64,000 nt of DNA, taken from the IMG/VR virus record IMGVR_UViG_3300028048_000063, positions 86,080 to 150,079 of that record; one strand, given 5' to 3'. The notes below the pieces were generated by a model, which saw only the letters and a program-made list of their open reading frames with translations, searched no databases and was not told the DNA's origin. This DNA comes from a virus (taxonomy: Duplodnaviria > Caudoviricetes). Positions 46,489-56,833 of this stretch are shown piece after piece; the first letter of the stretch is position 1, and each line of letters begins with the position of its first letter. The translations under genes were made by a program, and so were the position numbers.

Positions 46489-46773
46489 ATGGGTAAAATG
46501 CAAATTTATGAGGAAGCAGAACAAGAGTATTTAGAAATTTTACGTAAAGTTGAGAGACGCGGAAATGCAACCTTTATTGTAGATGAAGAAGGGGAAAACG
46601 AAGAGTCCTTCAAAAAATTTAATGATGCAGTAAAGTATGCTAAAAAAATCGGAGCAGACAAAATTATCGCAGATGAATTCGAATATTGTTACGGATACTA
46701 TTGCGACGGTGAGTATGTCGAATATGGAAGAGTAATATTAGATTTAGACAAAAATATAATAGATTGGGAATAA
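46489..46773 (+). CDS. Hypothetical protein
   Basis: SD-led ORF. Confidence 0.7.
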   Translation: MGKMQIYEEAEQEYLEILRKVERRGNATFIVDEEGENEESFKKFNDAVKYAKKIGADKIIADEFEYCYGYYCDGEYVEYGRVILDLDKNIIDWE

Positions 46774-46793
46774 TAAATTAGGAGGATAGAAAT

Positions 46794-47201
46794 ATGGCAG
46801 AAATTAAAGTAGTAATAAAGGAACCAAAATTAACAGCAACAACAAAAGTCATCGAAGCATCAGAAGAAACACTTCAATCAATAATTGGTGACGAAACTGA
46901 AGCAATCTATGTTGCACCTTATGTTATAGACGCGGGTAAAGATAGACATATAATTTTTGTTGTAGATTGCGTTGGTAAGATAAAACAATTAAAACCAAAT
47001 ATTAGTATACCACATTACGGTGAGATACTTATGGGTACAATTATAGCTGTATTGGTTGATGAAAAAACGGGCACATATATAGACATGCCTGCATCTATCG
47101 CAGAAGCAACAATAGAATATATGAACAACAACAGTGTAAAAAAAGAAAAACACAGATATGAAGATGAAGACAGTTCTGTCACCATCTATCATCGCTGGTA
47201 A
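46794..47201 (+). CDS. DUF3846-like protein (paralog of 63112..63459)
   Basis: VVIKEP...LQSIIG...GK...PN...ILMGTI. Confidence 0.65.
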   Translation: MAEIKVVIKEPKLTATTKVIEASEETLQSIIGDETEAIYVAPYVIDAGKDRHIIFVVDCVGKIKQLKPNISIPHYGEILMGTIIAVLVDEKTGTYIDMPASIAEATIEYMNNNSVKKEKHRYEDEDSSVTIYHRW

Positions 47202-47223
47202 TAAAATATAGGAGGACAGAAAA

Positions 47224-47523
47224 ATGACAGAAACAATCGAATATCAAGGATATAACATTCATCATTTTCCACATATTTGGCAAGATGCTAAGGGCAATAC
47301 AATTGAAGAAGTAGATGGTTGGGTTATATTATCACCAGCATATATAGAGACATCAGATGGTGAGAAACTCTATGTACCACTTTATGCTCAAAATGAGGAA
47401 GGTGTAGAAGTAGAGTTCCATTCACTACAAGAAGCAAAAGATTATATAGACAAATACATAGTCGCAGATCGCGGCAGATTCCAAATAGCACATGGCGAAT
47501 GCCATTATGTTATAAATAAATAA
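47224..47523 (+). CDS. Hypothetical protein
   Basis: SD-led ORF. Confidence 0.7.
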   Translation: MTETIEYQGYNIHHFPHIWQDAKGNTIEEVDGWVILSPAYIETSDGEKLYVPLYAQNEEGVEVEFHSLQEAKDYIDKYIVADRGRFQIAHGECHYVINK

Positions 47524-47538
47524 TTTTTATAGGAGGTA

Positions 47539-48330
47539 ATGCGTATGAGAAATTCAGCAGTATTTCAAATGATCAATTCCGTTCCAAACGGACAAAACGT
47601 AACTTTAAAAAAGACAAAACTCTTAGAGTATGTCAAGACAGACCCAATCACAGGGAAGAAAATAAAGGGTGAAAAAGGATACTATATCAAGACAAGCGTA
47701 ATGACTTGCCGTATTGGTGTAGATTACAGAAACATCGCTTCAGTGAAACAAGACAAGATAGCAGCAGGTTTAGATCCATCCACTAGTGGCCCACTTGATT
47801 GGGGACATTGGTATAAGAGAAATGGCCAATTCGACTGGACAGGATATGTTCTAGAGCATTCCCAAGGATTAAGCACAGCACAAAACACATATGTTAATGA
47901 ATGTGCTAAAATCATAGCAGAAGTTGTTGGTTTAGATTTAGATAGTCTTGGTCTCCCTACTAAGCCAAAAGAAAGAAAATTGGCTCTCCAACCTATTATG
48001 AGTAAAGTCATTCGTAGTGCTGGAAAAGAGCAAATTGCTTCAATCCGTGCTCAAATTCTTGAAATACCAAAACCAGTCACAAATTGGCAATTATATCTCA
48101 GAATTACAAAGCCAAGCCGTGGTGACTACAAAGTACAAACTTCATTCTGTGACGAGAATGGCGCACCAGTAACACGTGCAGAGGTCGAATCTAAGGTTGC
48201 TAAGAGTAATATGGATTCAGCCCCAGCAAATTGTTACAATATCAAGTTTGATGATATTATTGAACTCAAGCAAAATACCAACAAGAATAAGAAGTTTGTA
48301 GTCAAGAACAAGGGCGTCTGGGGTAAGTAG
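47539..48330 (+). CDS. Hypothetical protein (paralog of 60285..60746 with an insertion)
   Basis: Shared RIGVDY, GPLDWGHW, LYLRI, YNIKFDDII blocks. Confidence 0.75.
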   Translation: MRMRNSAVFQMINSVPNGQNVTLKKTKLLEYVKTDPITGKKIKGEKGYYIKTSVMTCRIGVDYRNIASVKQDKIAAGLDPSTSGPLDWGHWYKRNGQFDWTGYVLEHSQGLSTAQNTYVNECAKIIAEVVGLDLDSLGLPTKPKERKLALQPIMSKVIRSAGKEQIASIRAQILEIPKPVTNWQLYLRITKPSRGDYKVQTSFCDENGAPVTRAEVESKVAKSNMDSAPANCYNIKFDDIIELKQNTNKNKKFVVKNKGVWGK

Positions 48331-48331
48331 T

Positions 48332-48505
48332 ATGAAGGCAACAGTAACCAAAATTGCGTTAGTAATAGCGTATATATTGATTACTGTTGCCATATTCGCA
48401 CCAATATCCCAAAGCGAACTTACTGTATTGGGGTATTGGGTGTTGAATATAGTACTAGGCAGTTTTGTCTATTACTTAGGCAACGCAGTAATCGATAATA
48501 TTTAA
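48332..48505 (+). CDS. Small two-TM membrane protein (57 aa, not in the ORF track)
   Basis: MKATVTKIALVIAYILITVAIFAP...GYWVLNIVLGSFVYYLGNAVIDNI. Confidence 0.55.
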   Translation: MKATVTKIALVIAYILITVAIFAPISQSELTVLGYWVLNIVLGSFVYYLGNAVIDNI

Positions 48506-48521
48506 TTTGTAAAAAAAGTAG

Positions 48522-48550
48522 TTGACAAAATCAACGAAAAGAAGTATTAT
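48522..48550 (+). promoter_or_regulatory. sigmaA-type promoter
   Basis: TTGACA-17-TATTAT. Confidence 0.65.
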
Positions 48551-48564
48551 ATAAGAGGTGTAAT

Positions 48565-49569
48565 ATGAAAGAAATTAACAACAACAAAAACACAGTAGCA
48601 AACAATGGTGTAGAAAATGAAAATTTAACAGAAAAAAAGGAGGACAGAACTATGGCAGAAGTCAAGAACAACCAAACAGCAGCAACAAATAACACAATTA
48701 AAACTTTAGTAGGAAAGGAGGACAAGAAAATGAAAGAAAATCGTTTTTTGAACGCCATGAAGGCAGAAGATGAAGCAAAACAAAGAGCAGCAGAAGCAGC
48801 AGCAGCAAAAGCAGAGGCAGATAGACTCGCAGCTATCGCTCAAGCAGAAGCAGAAGCTAATGCAAAACTTATTGAAGGCATCGAACCAAGCAAGATCATG
48901 CAAACAATGGTAGATGTCAGAGAAGATAAGGTCGCACCTGCAGAGACATATTGCGGTACACGTGGAAACCACTGGATCGATGAAGTCTTTGAATATCAAG
49001 GACACAGATGCTTCGCAATGGGTACTTCTCAAGAAGAACTTGAAGCAGATAAAGAAGCAATGAAGATCGCTATTTCTCGTGGCGATATAATATTGCAAAC
49101 AATCTGCCAACCAGGTATTGGAGAAGTTGAAATCTCTGGACGTTATGTCACAAGAATGGTTTCAATTCCAGGTGCAATTAGTGATTGTTTCACAGTTGGA
49201 CATACAGAAGCAGAGCGCAAGGCAGACGAAGATGCAGCCAGAATTATGGCGGCAAAACTTCCTGGCGGCAGAATGGTTTCAGATCCAGCTGTAGCACGTG
49301 ATGCTGTAGATGCAGAACTCAACGTAACAGATGAGATCGAGAAATACGACAACAGATATATGATTATCGATGACAAGACAGCCCGTGATTTCAACGGCAA
49401 TCTTGTTTCAGATATCTCTGATGTCGAGGGCGATTTACCTCATCCAGTAGCTGTGGAATTACTTAAAGGCCGTATTGAGGAACCAGTTGTAGAAGAGTCT
49501 GATGAAGATGAATACTACGACGAAGAAGGCTACGAAGATGAATGTTATGATGAGGATGACGAATACTAA
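48565..49569 (+). CDS. Hypothetical acidic protein with several in-frame SD+ATG starts
   Basis: SD-led ATGs at 48565, 48652 and 48730. Confidence 0.75.
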   Translation: MKEINNNKNTVANNGVENENLTEKKEDRTMAEVKNNQTAATNNTIKTLVGKEDKKMKENRFLNAMKAEDEAKQRAAEAAAAKAEADRLAAIAQAEAEANAKLIEGIEPSKIMQTMVDVREDKVAPAETYCGTRGNHWIDEVFEYQGHRCFAMGTSQEELEADKEAMKIAISRGDIILQTICQPGIGEVEISGRYVTRMVSIPGAISDCFTVGHTEAERKADEDAARIMAAKLPGGRMVSDPAVARDAVDAELNVTDEIEKYDNRYMIIDDKTARDFNGNLVSDISDVEGDLPHPVAVELLKGRIEEPVVEESDEDEYYDEEGYEDECYDEDDEY

Positions 49570-49627
49570 TACTCAAGCTAGGGGCAGGAGAAATCCTGTC
49601 CCTTAACTTAAAAGGAGGAAATAAGAT

Positions 49628-50029
49628 ATGACAAATTTTTTTGATAATGGCTATGAATTTAGCCCAAGAACATTAACAAAATTAGCCGTGTACATGTCTG
49701 TATATGAAACATGGCACGAGCCAACAGTAACTTTAACAATTAATAACGAAGAAGTTGAGTTAGAAAACAATATATTTGATATTATTGATAAATATTGTTC
49801 TCAAGACATCAAAGACCGTGCAGCAAAAATACGACGTGGCGGATATATCGATGGTTTTATTTGCGCACTCGAAGCGGCAGAAGAATTTATTGAGACAATA
49901 GAAGATTTTGAAAAATGTGCACGTACATTAACAGAAAATGACTTATGCACAATAGAAACAGAGGCGGACAATATTCGTAACAATTATTATGATTATGAAT
50001 ACGAATATTTAGATCCATCTTACGTATGA
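49628..50029 (+). CDS. Hypothetical protein
   Basis: SD-led ORF. Confidence 0.7.
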   Translation: MTNFFDNGYEFSPRTLTKLAVYMSVYETWHEPTVTLTINNEEVELENNIFDIIDKYCSQDIKDRAAKIRRGGYIDGFICALEAAEEFIETIEDFEKCARTLTENDLCTIETEADNIRNNYYDYEYEYLDPSYV

Positions 50030-50109
50030 TTAATCACACAGGCGGCTCGAAAGGGTCGCCTTTAAATTCGAAAATAATTAAAATAAATATAGATATAAAC
50101 AAGGAGGAT

Positions 50110-50301
50110 ATGAATATGATGATTAAATGTAACACATATGCATGGGTAGCAACAAAGAAAGGTGATGATAAAGTTTATTTCTTAAAAACATCTGATAACA
50201 AAGAATTTTTGAAAAAACATCCATCCGAATTGGCAGCAGGCTTTATAGCAAGAAAGTATAAAGTAAGAATTGTTAGTTTTAAAAAGTATATTAAAAAATA
50301 A
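50110..50301 (+). CDS. Small basic hypothetical protein
   Basis: AAGGAGG before ATGs at 50110/50116. Confidence 0.6.
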   Translation: MNMMIKCNTYAWVATKKGDDKVYFLKTSDNKEFLKKHPSELAAGFIARKYKVRIVSFKKYIKK

Positions 50302-50314
50302 GGAGGGCAAGGCT

Positions 50315-52990
50315 ATGAAGAACACAAATATTAACTTAATTCCAGATATTGACTGGACCAAGGAAACAATGGTATTATACACCCGTAATGGTGTAATGCA
50401 TGCCAAGAAACCACAAGATCAATGGACAACTTTCTACAGAGAGATTGGTATAGGTACGTATAAAACATGTGTTTATATTTCAGAAAAGGATAACTATTTA
50501 AGCGTCAAGAGTTACGCTTATCATTCCTGGCAAGTTTATGGAAGAGTCTCAAACTTTAAAAATTCAACAGAAGAAGACACATTCTTATGTAACTGGCCAC
50601 CATATCTCTATCGTAATACTTTTGCAACTCATAATATCGATGGTAGACAATTCAAAATCCTTGACTCAGAAACACGTGTATATAAAAACAGGACAATGGC
50701 TTATGTCTTAGAAGTATATTATGCTGATGCTGAAGAAATAGAACCATTTTATGTAGTATATTATAAAGGTAAATATATACCTGTAGAAACAAACGAAGAT
50801 ATAGAGAAACATGCAGTTGTAACCGGCGAAAAAACATTTAAAGAATATCTTCCAGCAGCACAACAATTTGGATTTATTGGCGATCTAAGAAATAAATATA
50901 TTTCAGGTGGCCAAAACGAAGGGATAATGTTTGCTCAACCAACAAAAACATTAATTTCACAATTCTTTGAATTAGATAAAAACACAGATCTAAACAATAG
51001 ATTTTTACAAAAAGTGCACAAAAAAGATTCTTACCAACCTAGTGAGCTTAGGGACCTTAAAGATTTAATATTAATTAAGAAAAATACTGGTGCACAATTA
51101 GATAATAAAGAAAGCAGAGTTAATGATTTAATAAATAAACTTGACGCTTGGTCTACTGAGAATACAAACGAAAATCCACAAGCTGACTGGTATAGAATTG
51201 GGGACGAAATTGTGCTATTGGTCACACCTTCAAAATATGAGGATTATTATAAAAACGAACGTCGTATATTTACTTATAATGTAAAAACAAAAAAGCGTTT
51301 CTATGCAGAATGTAATGTCAATAGGGGCGTATGGAGTTTCCCAGTTCCAAGTTACGACTATATTAGAGATAATATTCGTTTAAACGATTATTCTAAATAT
51401 AGATATTCATCTATAGACCCAGCGCCTAATTATCCATTAAAAACTACTGTTCACTGTCAAAATGGTATATCAGAACTATTTGCTAAGAGTAATATAGGAT
51501 GGCTTTTAGAAAATGTTGATCCAACAACTTCAATTATTGTTGGTTGGAGAGGCGCAGAACTTCGTAAATTAAATGAAATTGTTAGCGATACTCGTATTAC
51601 GTCAGATGTCTTTGCGTTTATATTTAGTACAAGCGAGCCAATACTTGAACAATTTTTAAAATCTAAATTATTTAATTTGTATCTTAAATGTATAGAAAAT
51701 TATAAAGATGAAGAGTGGCTAATTCCAAATAAATCAGAATCTAAAATTACAACCAATTATTATATAAATTCTTATTGTCGTTATGAACGTAGCGCTCAAC
51801 TAGAGTATTTAAGTAAAGAAAAGAATCTGAAAAAGATGTTGGGTATGACTATGGAACAATTAAGACTTTTAGATAGTAAATATGCAGTTAAAAAATGCGT
51901 ATGGACAAACAATAGCTGGTATAGCGGCCCTGAAAAAATAACTCAATATTATCGTGGAATGTATAAATTATACGGCATAGAGGCATTTTTGGGTCATAAT
52001 TTAAGTGATTTAGATATGGATTCCTTCTCAAGACTTCTTGATCTTGTTGAGGCAAAAAAGAAAACAGGTTATGACTATGAATCACAGGGTATCAGTATAG
52101 TTGCTCTTACACAATATCCATTCTTTAATAATCTCACTGCTAAGCAAAAGCTTGATTTATTATCAGATTTATGGAAATCAGGGCTATCTGATTATTCTCT
52201 TAGAGATTATTATAACATGAGAGAAAAATTGAAGGCTATCCAATCTGTAAAGCCAAATGTCCCAGATATCTGGAATGAAAAGCGCTATCCTTTAATTCCA
52301 AAGGCCGGCACTCGTTTTGTATCATATATTGAGGGAACAACCGATCCTGTTTTAAACAGACGTGTAGAAGCGCGTGAGATGTTTTATCAATATGGCCGCC
52401 GCTTTAGAGATACTCAAATTCAAGAAATTAAAGCAGATGGAAAACTTGTTGGATTGTCACTCAAACTTTCAGGCGGAGATATGCTCCAATTCTTACATGA
52501 TGAAATATCTTATTGGGTAAGCTTCTATCAAGATGAGGCAAACAACCAACTATTTGTTCAAGCAATGGATAGAGTTAAGCCACTCTGTTGGAAAGATGAG
52601 AAATCTGGCCTTGAAATTATTGCTCCAAAAGATATTGCAGATCTTAAGAACGAAGGACACACTCTCTCTCATTGTGTTGGTACATATGTTGATGCAATTA
52701 TTAGTGGTAAAGATAATATTATGTTCTTACGTAGATCTGATATGATTAATAGCCCATTCTATACTGTAGAGGTATTAAATGACGGTCAGATCAGACAAGT
52801 ACACTGTTATCAAAATGGTAGTTTAACCCAAGAAGCTCAAAGCATTGCATATAATCATAGTGGGCTTGAGGTTTACAACAAAACATTTAATATTGTTCAA
52901 TTCTTAATTGATTGGGCAAAAGCAACAAAGGGCAAAGTTAAAGCTAGCTCAATTAAGAGCAGTTATGGTGCATTATGTGCAGTCCGTTAA
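50315..52990 (+). CDS. Large protein with C-terminal PcfJ-like domain
   Basis: DLKNEGHTLSHCVGTYVD...FLR...PFYTVEV; start moved to ATG 50315. Confidence 0.8.
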   Translation: MKNTNINLIPDIDWTKETMVLYTRNGVMHAKKPQDQWTTFYREIGIGTYKTCVYISEKDNYLSVKSYAYHSWQVYGRVSNFKNSTEEDTFLCNWPPYLYRNTFATHNIDGRQFKILDSETRVYKNRTMAYVLEVYYADAEEIEPFYVVYYKGKYIPVETNEDIEKHAVVTGEKTFKEYLPAAQQFGFIGDLRNKYISGGQNEGIMFAQPTKTLISQFFELDKNTDLNNRFLQKVHKKDSYQPSELRDLKDLILIKKNTGAQLDNKESRVNDLINKLDAWSTENTNENPQADWYRIGDEIVLLVTPSKYEDYYKNERRIFTYNVKTKKRFYAECNVNRGVWSFPVPSYDYIRDNIRLNDYSKYRYSSIDPAPNYPLKTTVHCQNGISELFAKSNIGWLLENVDPTTSIIVGWRGAELRKLNEIVSDTRITSDVFAFIFSTSEPILEQFLKSKLFNLYLKCIENYKDEEWLIPNKSESKITTNYYINSYCRYERSAQLEYLSKEKNLKKMLGMTMEQLRLLDSKYAVKKCVWTNNSWYSGPEKITQYYRGMYKLYGIEAFLGHNLSDLDMDSFSRLLDLVEAKKKTGYDYESQGISIVALTQYPFFNNLTAKQKLDLLSDLWKSGLSDYSLRDYYNMREKLKAIQSVKPNVPDIWNEKRYPLIPKAGTRFVSYIEGTTDPVLNRRVEAREMFYQYGRRFRDTQIQEIKADGKLVGLSLKLSGGDMLQFLHDEISYWVSFYQDEANNQLFVQAMDRVKPLCWKDEKSGLEIIAPKDIADLKNEGHTLSHCVGTYVDAIISGKDNIMFLRRSDMINSPFYTVEVLNDGQIRQVHCYQNGSLTQEAQSIAYNHSGLEVYNKTFNIVQFLIDWAKATKGKVKASSIKSSYGALCAVR

Positions 52991-53017
52991 GGACTGCATT
53001 TTAATGCAAAAAAGTAT

Positions 53018-53046
53018 TTGACAAATAAAAAATAAACACATATAAT
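53018..53046 (+). promoter_or_regulatory. sigmaA-type promoter
   Basis: TTGACA-17-TATAAT downstream of a hairpin. Confidence 0.75.
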
Positions 53047-53061
53047 AGGAGGTACACAAAT

Positions 53062-53250
53062 ATGAAGATGAATGAAATAATTAATTTAATCAGAACACTA
53101 GCTCAATCCCAAGGATTTTACGGACGTTTGCATACAGCAGTATTAGAACTCAGAGACGAAGATCCAGATGGATATGAAAAATTAACAAAAGAATGGGAGG
53201 CACAAAACTTCCAATCAGCATTAGATTTTATTTTATATATTGAACAATAA
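53062..53250 (+). CDS. Small hypothetical protein
   Basis: LAQSQGFYGRL, AGGAGG SD. Confidence 0.7.
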   Translation: MKMNEIINLIRTLAQSQGFYGRLHTAVLELRDEDPDGYEKLTKEWEAQNFQSALDFILYIEQ

Positions 53251-53268
53251 TTAAAGGAGGATACAACT

Positions 53269-55770
53269 ATGTTAGAAAATTTATTCACATTAATGTCAGG
53301 TAGTAACTTTAAAAGTGCACCAATCTCTTTAGAGGTATTAAATGGTGCAACAACTGTGTATTTTAAAAGCAGATTTACTGTACAAAAGTATGAGCAAGAT
53401 TATGATACTAATCAAACGCAAATTTATTTTGTACAAAAATATAACCAAATTTTCACAGCTGTACAATTTATAGATTTCGTTCGGAAACATCCAGAAGAAA
53501 ACTTTGTTTTAACAAGTGATGATTACGCCGAAGCTAACTGTATTTATGTATTCTCAGAAGCAGTCCCTTACCAAGTAACACTTCATTGCTTCAATTCAAT
53601 GGAAGGTGACGGATTGTTCCATGAGATCGCTATTATTAAAAATACCTACGGTGAATGCACATGGGAAGAACCACTAATATTTACAAATAAAGTAAAAATT
53701 GTCCAAGAACATGGTAATTATGGACGCAATGAAAATATTTATCATAGATTTAGTATCCCTTCTGAGAATGCTTATTACAACAGAGATACGACTTCTGTTC
53801 GTTGGATTAATAATGGATCAAATTCAATCAATACTTACGATTTATTGACTAAAATATTAATAATTCCAAACAAAACAAGAGTTATCTTTAACTACACTGG
53901 CGGGGATTCATACAACTTTGATGTCGTATTATCTCAACTTGGGCTTGAAGAGCCACAAAAGAGATACGGTATTGATCCTAGTGCTATTTCACGTAGCTGG
54001 TATTGTAATGACTACTACCACACTGGTGCTGATGATACATTCCCAGGGGGTTCAGACTTATCCGAAAGTACATGGGAAAGAGTAAAGGCTCATATACTTA
54101 ATGTATTAGAAACAAAGGAAGGGAAGATATCATCTCTTAATAACACTAGAACTTACTACGGTCGCAATAATAACGCACAAGACGTTTCTGCAACAAGACT
54201 TTTGGTTATCACTCGTCCACTACCAGGACATAGAAGACCAACTTATCACTATATTCTTGGCATCAGCTCAGCAGGAGCCACAGATGTAGTCGAAATTGCA
54301 CGTGGTGAATTACAAATGGCAGATATGACACCAGTCAATATCTACTATCTTAATGCTAATACGGGCAAATTTAATAGGGTTTCACACCGTCTTTTAGGTG
54401 CTCTTAGAAATGACCTTGTTGAAAAATGTGAGATCGATAAAGTTTCGTTCACAGAATGGAATGAAGATAAAAACTCTAGTAATAAAGAGTTAATGAAGAC
54501 ACTTGCCGAATGTGGTCTTGAAGATTTCGATCTTCCAAAAGTTAAATTGCTTCGTAAATTACCATTTGGTATGCTCTTTATTGAACAACTAATTAAAGGT
54601 AATTATAAGACCCTTGCATTTAGTCTTGCAGAAAAGATTACAGGCGAAGCTGATAACTGGAATTATGTTTGTAATTCATTAACAGATGTACTTCCAGGGT
54701 GTAATCCAGACGGTAGATCTTTAATGGAAGTGTTAAATATGAATAAACCATGTTTTAATTTCCTTATGAGTGATATGGGTGATATTAACCTTAATACATT
54801 TATAACAAAATATAAAACTATGAAGAAGCTTGTCGAAGGTGGTATTTTAACAGCTAATAATAGTAAATTAGTTGATCAATATATGACATTAGATAACCGT
54901 GATAGAAATACATGGCGTTGCGGTACAGGTAGATATCTCGATATCGCAGATTATCCAGAAGATCTTAAATCTGTTTACAAAATGACAAATAGATTGGATG
55001 CTTTATTTGGTAAAGAAAGTAACAACTCTTATGATGCCAATAGACGTTACAGAGAAATTTGTAGTGCTTATTTCCAATTTAAAGATTTTGGTTGGAGTCC
55101 AGAAGAAAATAAGATATTCATCGAATTTAGTCTAGGCACAGATCAATATAAAGCTTTACAAGAATTATCGGAAAGAGAAAAAGCTGCCAATACAGCACTC
55201 AAGATATATAGAGCTAAGATTGAAGAAGCACAACGTAAACGCATCGAAGATAGCTTTGCTGCTAGAAATAATGCTCTTAAAAAGCTAGAAAGTACAGAAA
55301 CACTTCGTAAAGAGTCATCAATCTTTAAACCATATGTGGTTATTAAACCAACTCAAATCTATGGCGAAGATGTTGTAGGATCTATCGAAAAAGAAGGACA
55401 TGATATGGATCATTGTGTATTTAGACAATACGCTGATACCATTGCTCGTGGCGAATATACTGTTATGTATCTTAGATACGCTAATAGTCCAGAAGAGTCA
55501 CTTGTAACTATTGGTATTACCAGTGATGGTAGAATTAACCAAACATATGTTAAACATGATTACGGCATTACTGAAACACAAGCAGCCGCTATTGTTGAAT
55601 GGGCAAAATCTAAGAGAGGTCTTGTAACATTTAAGAATAATGATGGCAGAAATGTCTCACCAAGTGGTTGGTGTTATTCAGTTGACCTTCCAGATTTACC
55701 AAGACCAGACAAAGCTTGGCTTGCAAAATTAGCAAAAACAACTGCAGAAACAGAAGCAGAAGAAGAATAA
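53269..55770 (+). CDS. Large protein with C-terminal PcfJ-like domain
   Basis: IEKEGHDMDHCV...Y...YLR...SLVTI. Confidence 0.75.
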   Translation: MLENLFTLMSGSNFKSAPISLEVLNGATTVYFKSRFTVQKYEQDYDTNQTQIYFVQKYNQIFTAVQFIDFVRKHPEENFVLTSDDYAEANCIYVFSEAVPYQVTLHCFNSMEGDGLFHEIAIIKNTYGECTWEEPLIFTNKVKIVQEHGNYGRNENIYHRFSIPSENAYYNRDTTSVRWINNGSNSINTYDLLTKILIIPNKTRVIFNYTGGDSYNFDVVLSQLGLEEPQKRYGIDPSAISRSWYCNDYYHTGADDTFPGGSDLSESTWERVKAHILNVLETKEGKISSLNNTRTYYGRNNNAQDVSATRLLVITRPLPGHRRPTYHYILGISSAGATDVVEIARGELQMADMTPVNIYYLNANTGKFNRVSHRLLGALRNDLVEKCEIDKVSFTEWNEDKNSSNKELMKTLAECGLEDFDLPKVKLLRKLPFGMLFIEQLIKGNYKTLAFSLAEKITGEADNWNYVCNSLTDVLPGCNPDGRSLMEVLNMNKPCFNFLMSDMGDINLNTFITKYKTMKKLVEGGILTANNSKLVDQYMTLDNRDRNTWRCGTGRYLDIADYPEDLKSVYKMTNRLDALFGKESNNSYDANRRYREICSAYFQFKDFGWSPEENKIFIEFSLGTDQYKALQELSEREKAANTALKIYRAKIEEAQRKRIEDSFAARNNALKKLESTETLRKESSIFKPYVVIKPTQIYGEDVVGSIEKEGHDMDHCVFRQYADTIARGEYTVMYLRYANSPEESLVTIGITSDGRINQTYVKHDYGITETQAAAIVEWAKSKRGLVTFKNNDGRNVSPSGWCYSVDLPDLPRPDKAWLAKLAKTTAETEAEEE

Positions 55771-55797
55771 AATAAAGATATAAAGGAGGACACTATT

Positions 55798-56268
55798 ATG
55801 GCACAATGTGTAAGTATTAGAATCAATGGTAATAAAAAAGTCTTTGACTATGTATTAGTCTCAAAAAAGGAATTAAAAGATGGGGATATCATCAAACTTG
55901 TTTACGGTTGTGACAAAAATGGTGTCCTCTATAATGAAGGCAAAATAATTCATATCTGGTCTTGCAAACCTTTATTTGATTATATTACTAAAAAAATAAT
56001 CGTAAATGAAGAAGGGTATGGCGAAACTGGTCTAATATCTAAACAAGAGAGAGAAGACATAAACCTTGTTTCCCCAGACGAGGTTTTGAGCGCTGAACAA
56101 AGTGATATACAATGGTATACACAACAAATTGTTGAATTATCATCTGAGATTGCGAAAATGTATAACAAAAAAGGTGTACGTATACAAGTTCAAAAAATGA
56201 ACGATTACAAGGAAACACTTTTAGATAGCATGGTCGAAATGTACAAAAAATACGGAAAGATTTTTTAA
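55798..56268 (+). CDS. Hypothetical protein
   Basis: SD-led ORF; N-terminus resembles the next gene. Confidence 0.7.
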   Translation: MAQCVSIRINGNKKVFDYVLVSKKELKDGDIIKLVYGCDKNGVLYNEGKIIHIWSCKPLFDYITKKIIVNEEGYGETGLISKQEREDINLVSPDEVLSAEQSDIQWYTQQIVELSSEIAKMYNKKGVRIQVQKMNDYKETLLDSMVEMYKKYGKIF

Positions 56269-56280
56269 TAGGAGGATAGT

Positions 56281-56811
56281 ATGATGGATAAGATTACAAT
56301 AATAGAAATTTCTTTTAATAACAGTCTCAAACAATATAAATATTTACTCAAAGGTGAAGCTGATCTTAAGATTGGTAGACAATATAAAATGATAAAAGGT
56401 ATAAGCCGTGGTAGTCTTATCTATGATATTATCACTGTAAAAACATTTTATCAAGTTGATGCTTTACCAGATATTGTGACAAAATATTTAGAATTTCAAA
56501 ATACAAAAGTCATCTCAACACTTATTTCAACTGAATATAAACGTCAACTAACAAAAGTTATATCAGGACAACCAAAAATCCCTACTCACTATTGGTTTTT
56601 CTGGCAAATTAATACTGAAGATTTCTTAGAAGAAAAAGCAACATTTACAACGCATATCCATGCCAATAATGCTTTCTTTTTACTTAAGAAATGTAATTGG
56701 ATTTTAACAACAACACAGCAATTTGATTGTTCAGACTTTTTGGCTCGTACTCCAAGTATTAACTTAGAGGATGTTAAAAAATACCAAAAAATAGCACAAG
56801 AAAATTTATAA
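56281..56811 (+). CDS. Hypothetical protein
   Basis: SD-led ORF. Confidence 0.7.
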   Translation: MMDKITIIEISFNNSLKQYKYLLKGEADLKIGRQYKMIKGISRGSLIYDIITVKTFYQVDALPDIVTKYLEFQNTKVISTLISTEYKRQLTKVISGQPKIPTHYWFFWQINTEDFLEEKATFTTHIHANNAFFLLKKCNWILTTTQQFDCSDFLARTPSINLEDVKKYQKIAQENL

Positions 56812-56833
56812 TATCAAACAGGAGGATAAAATT

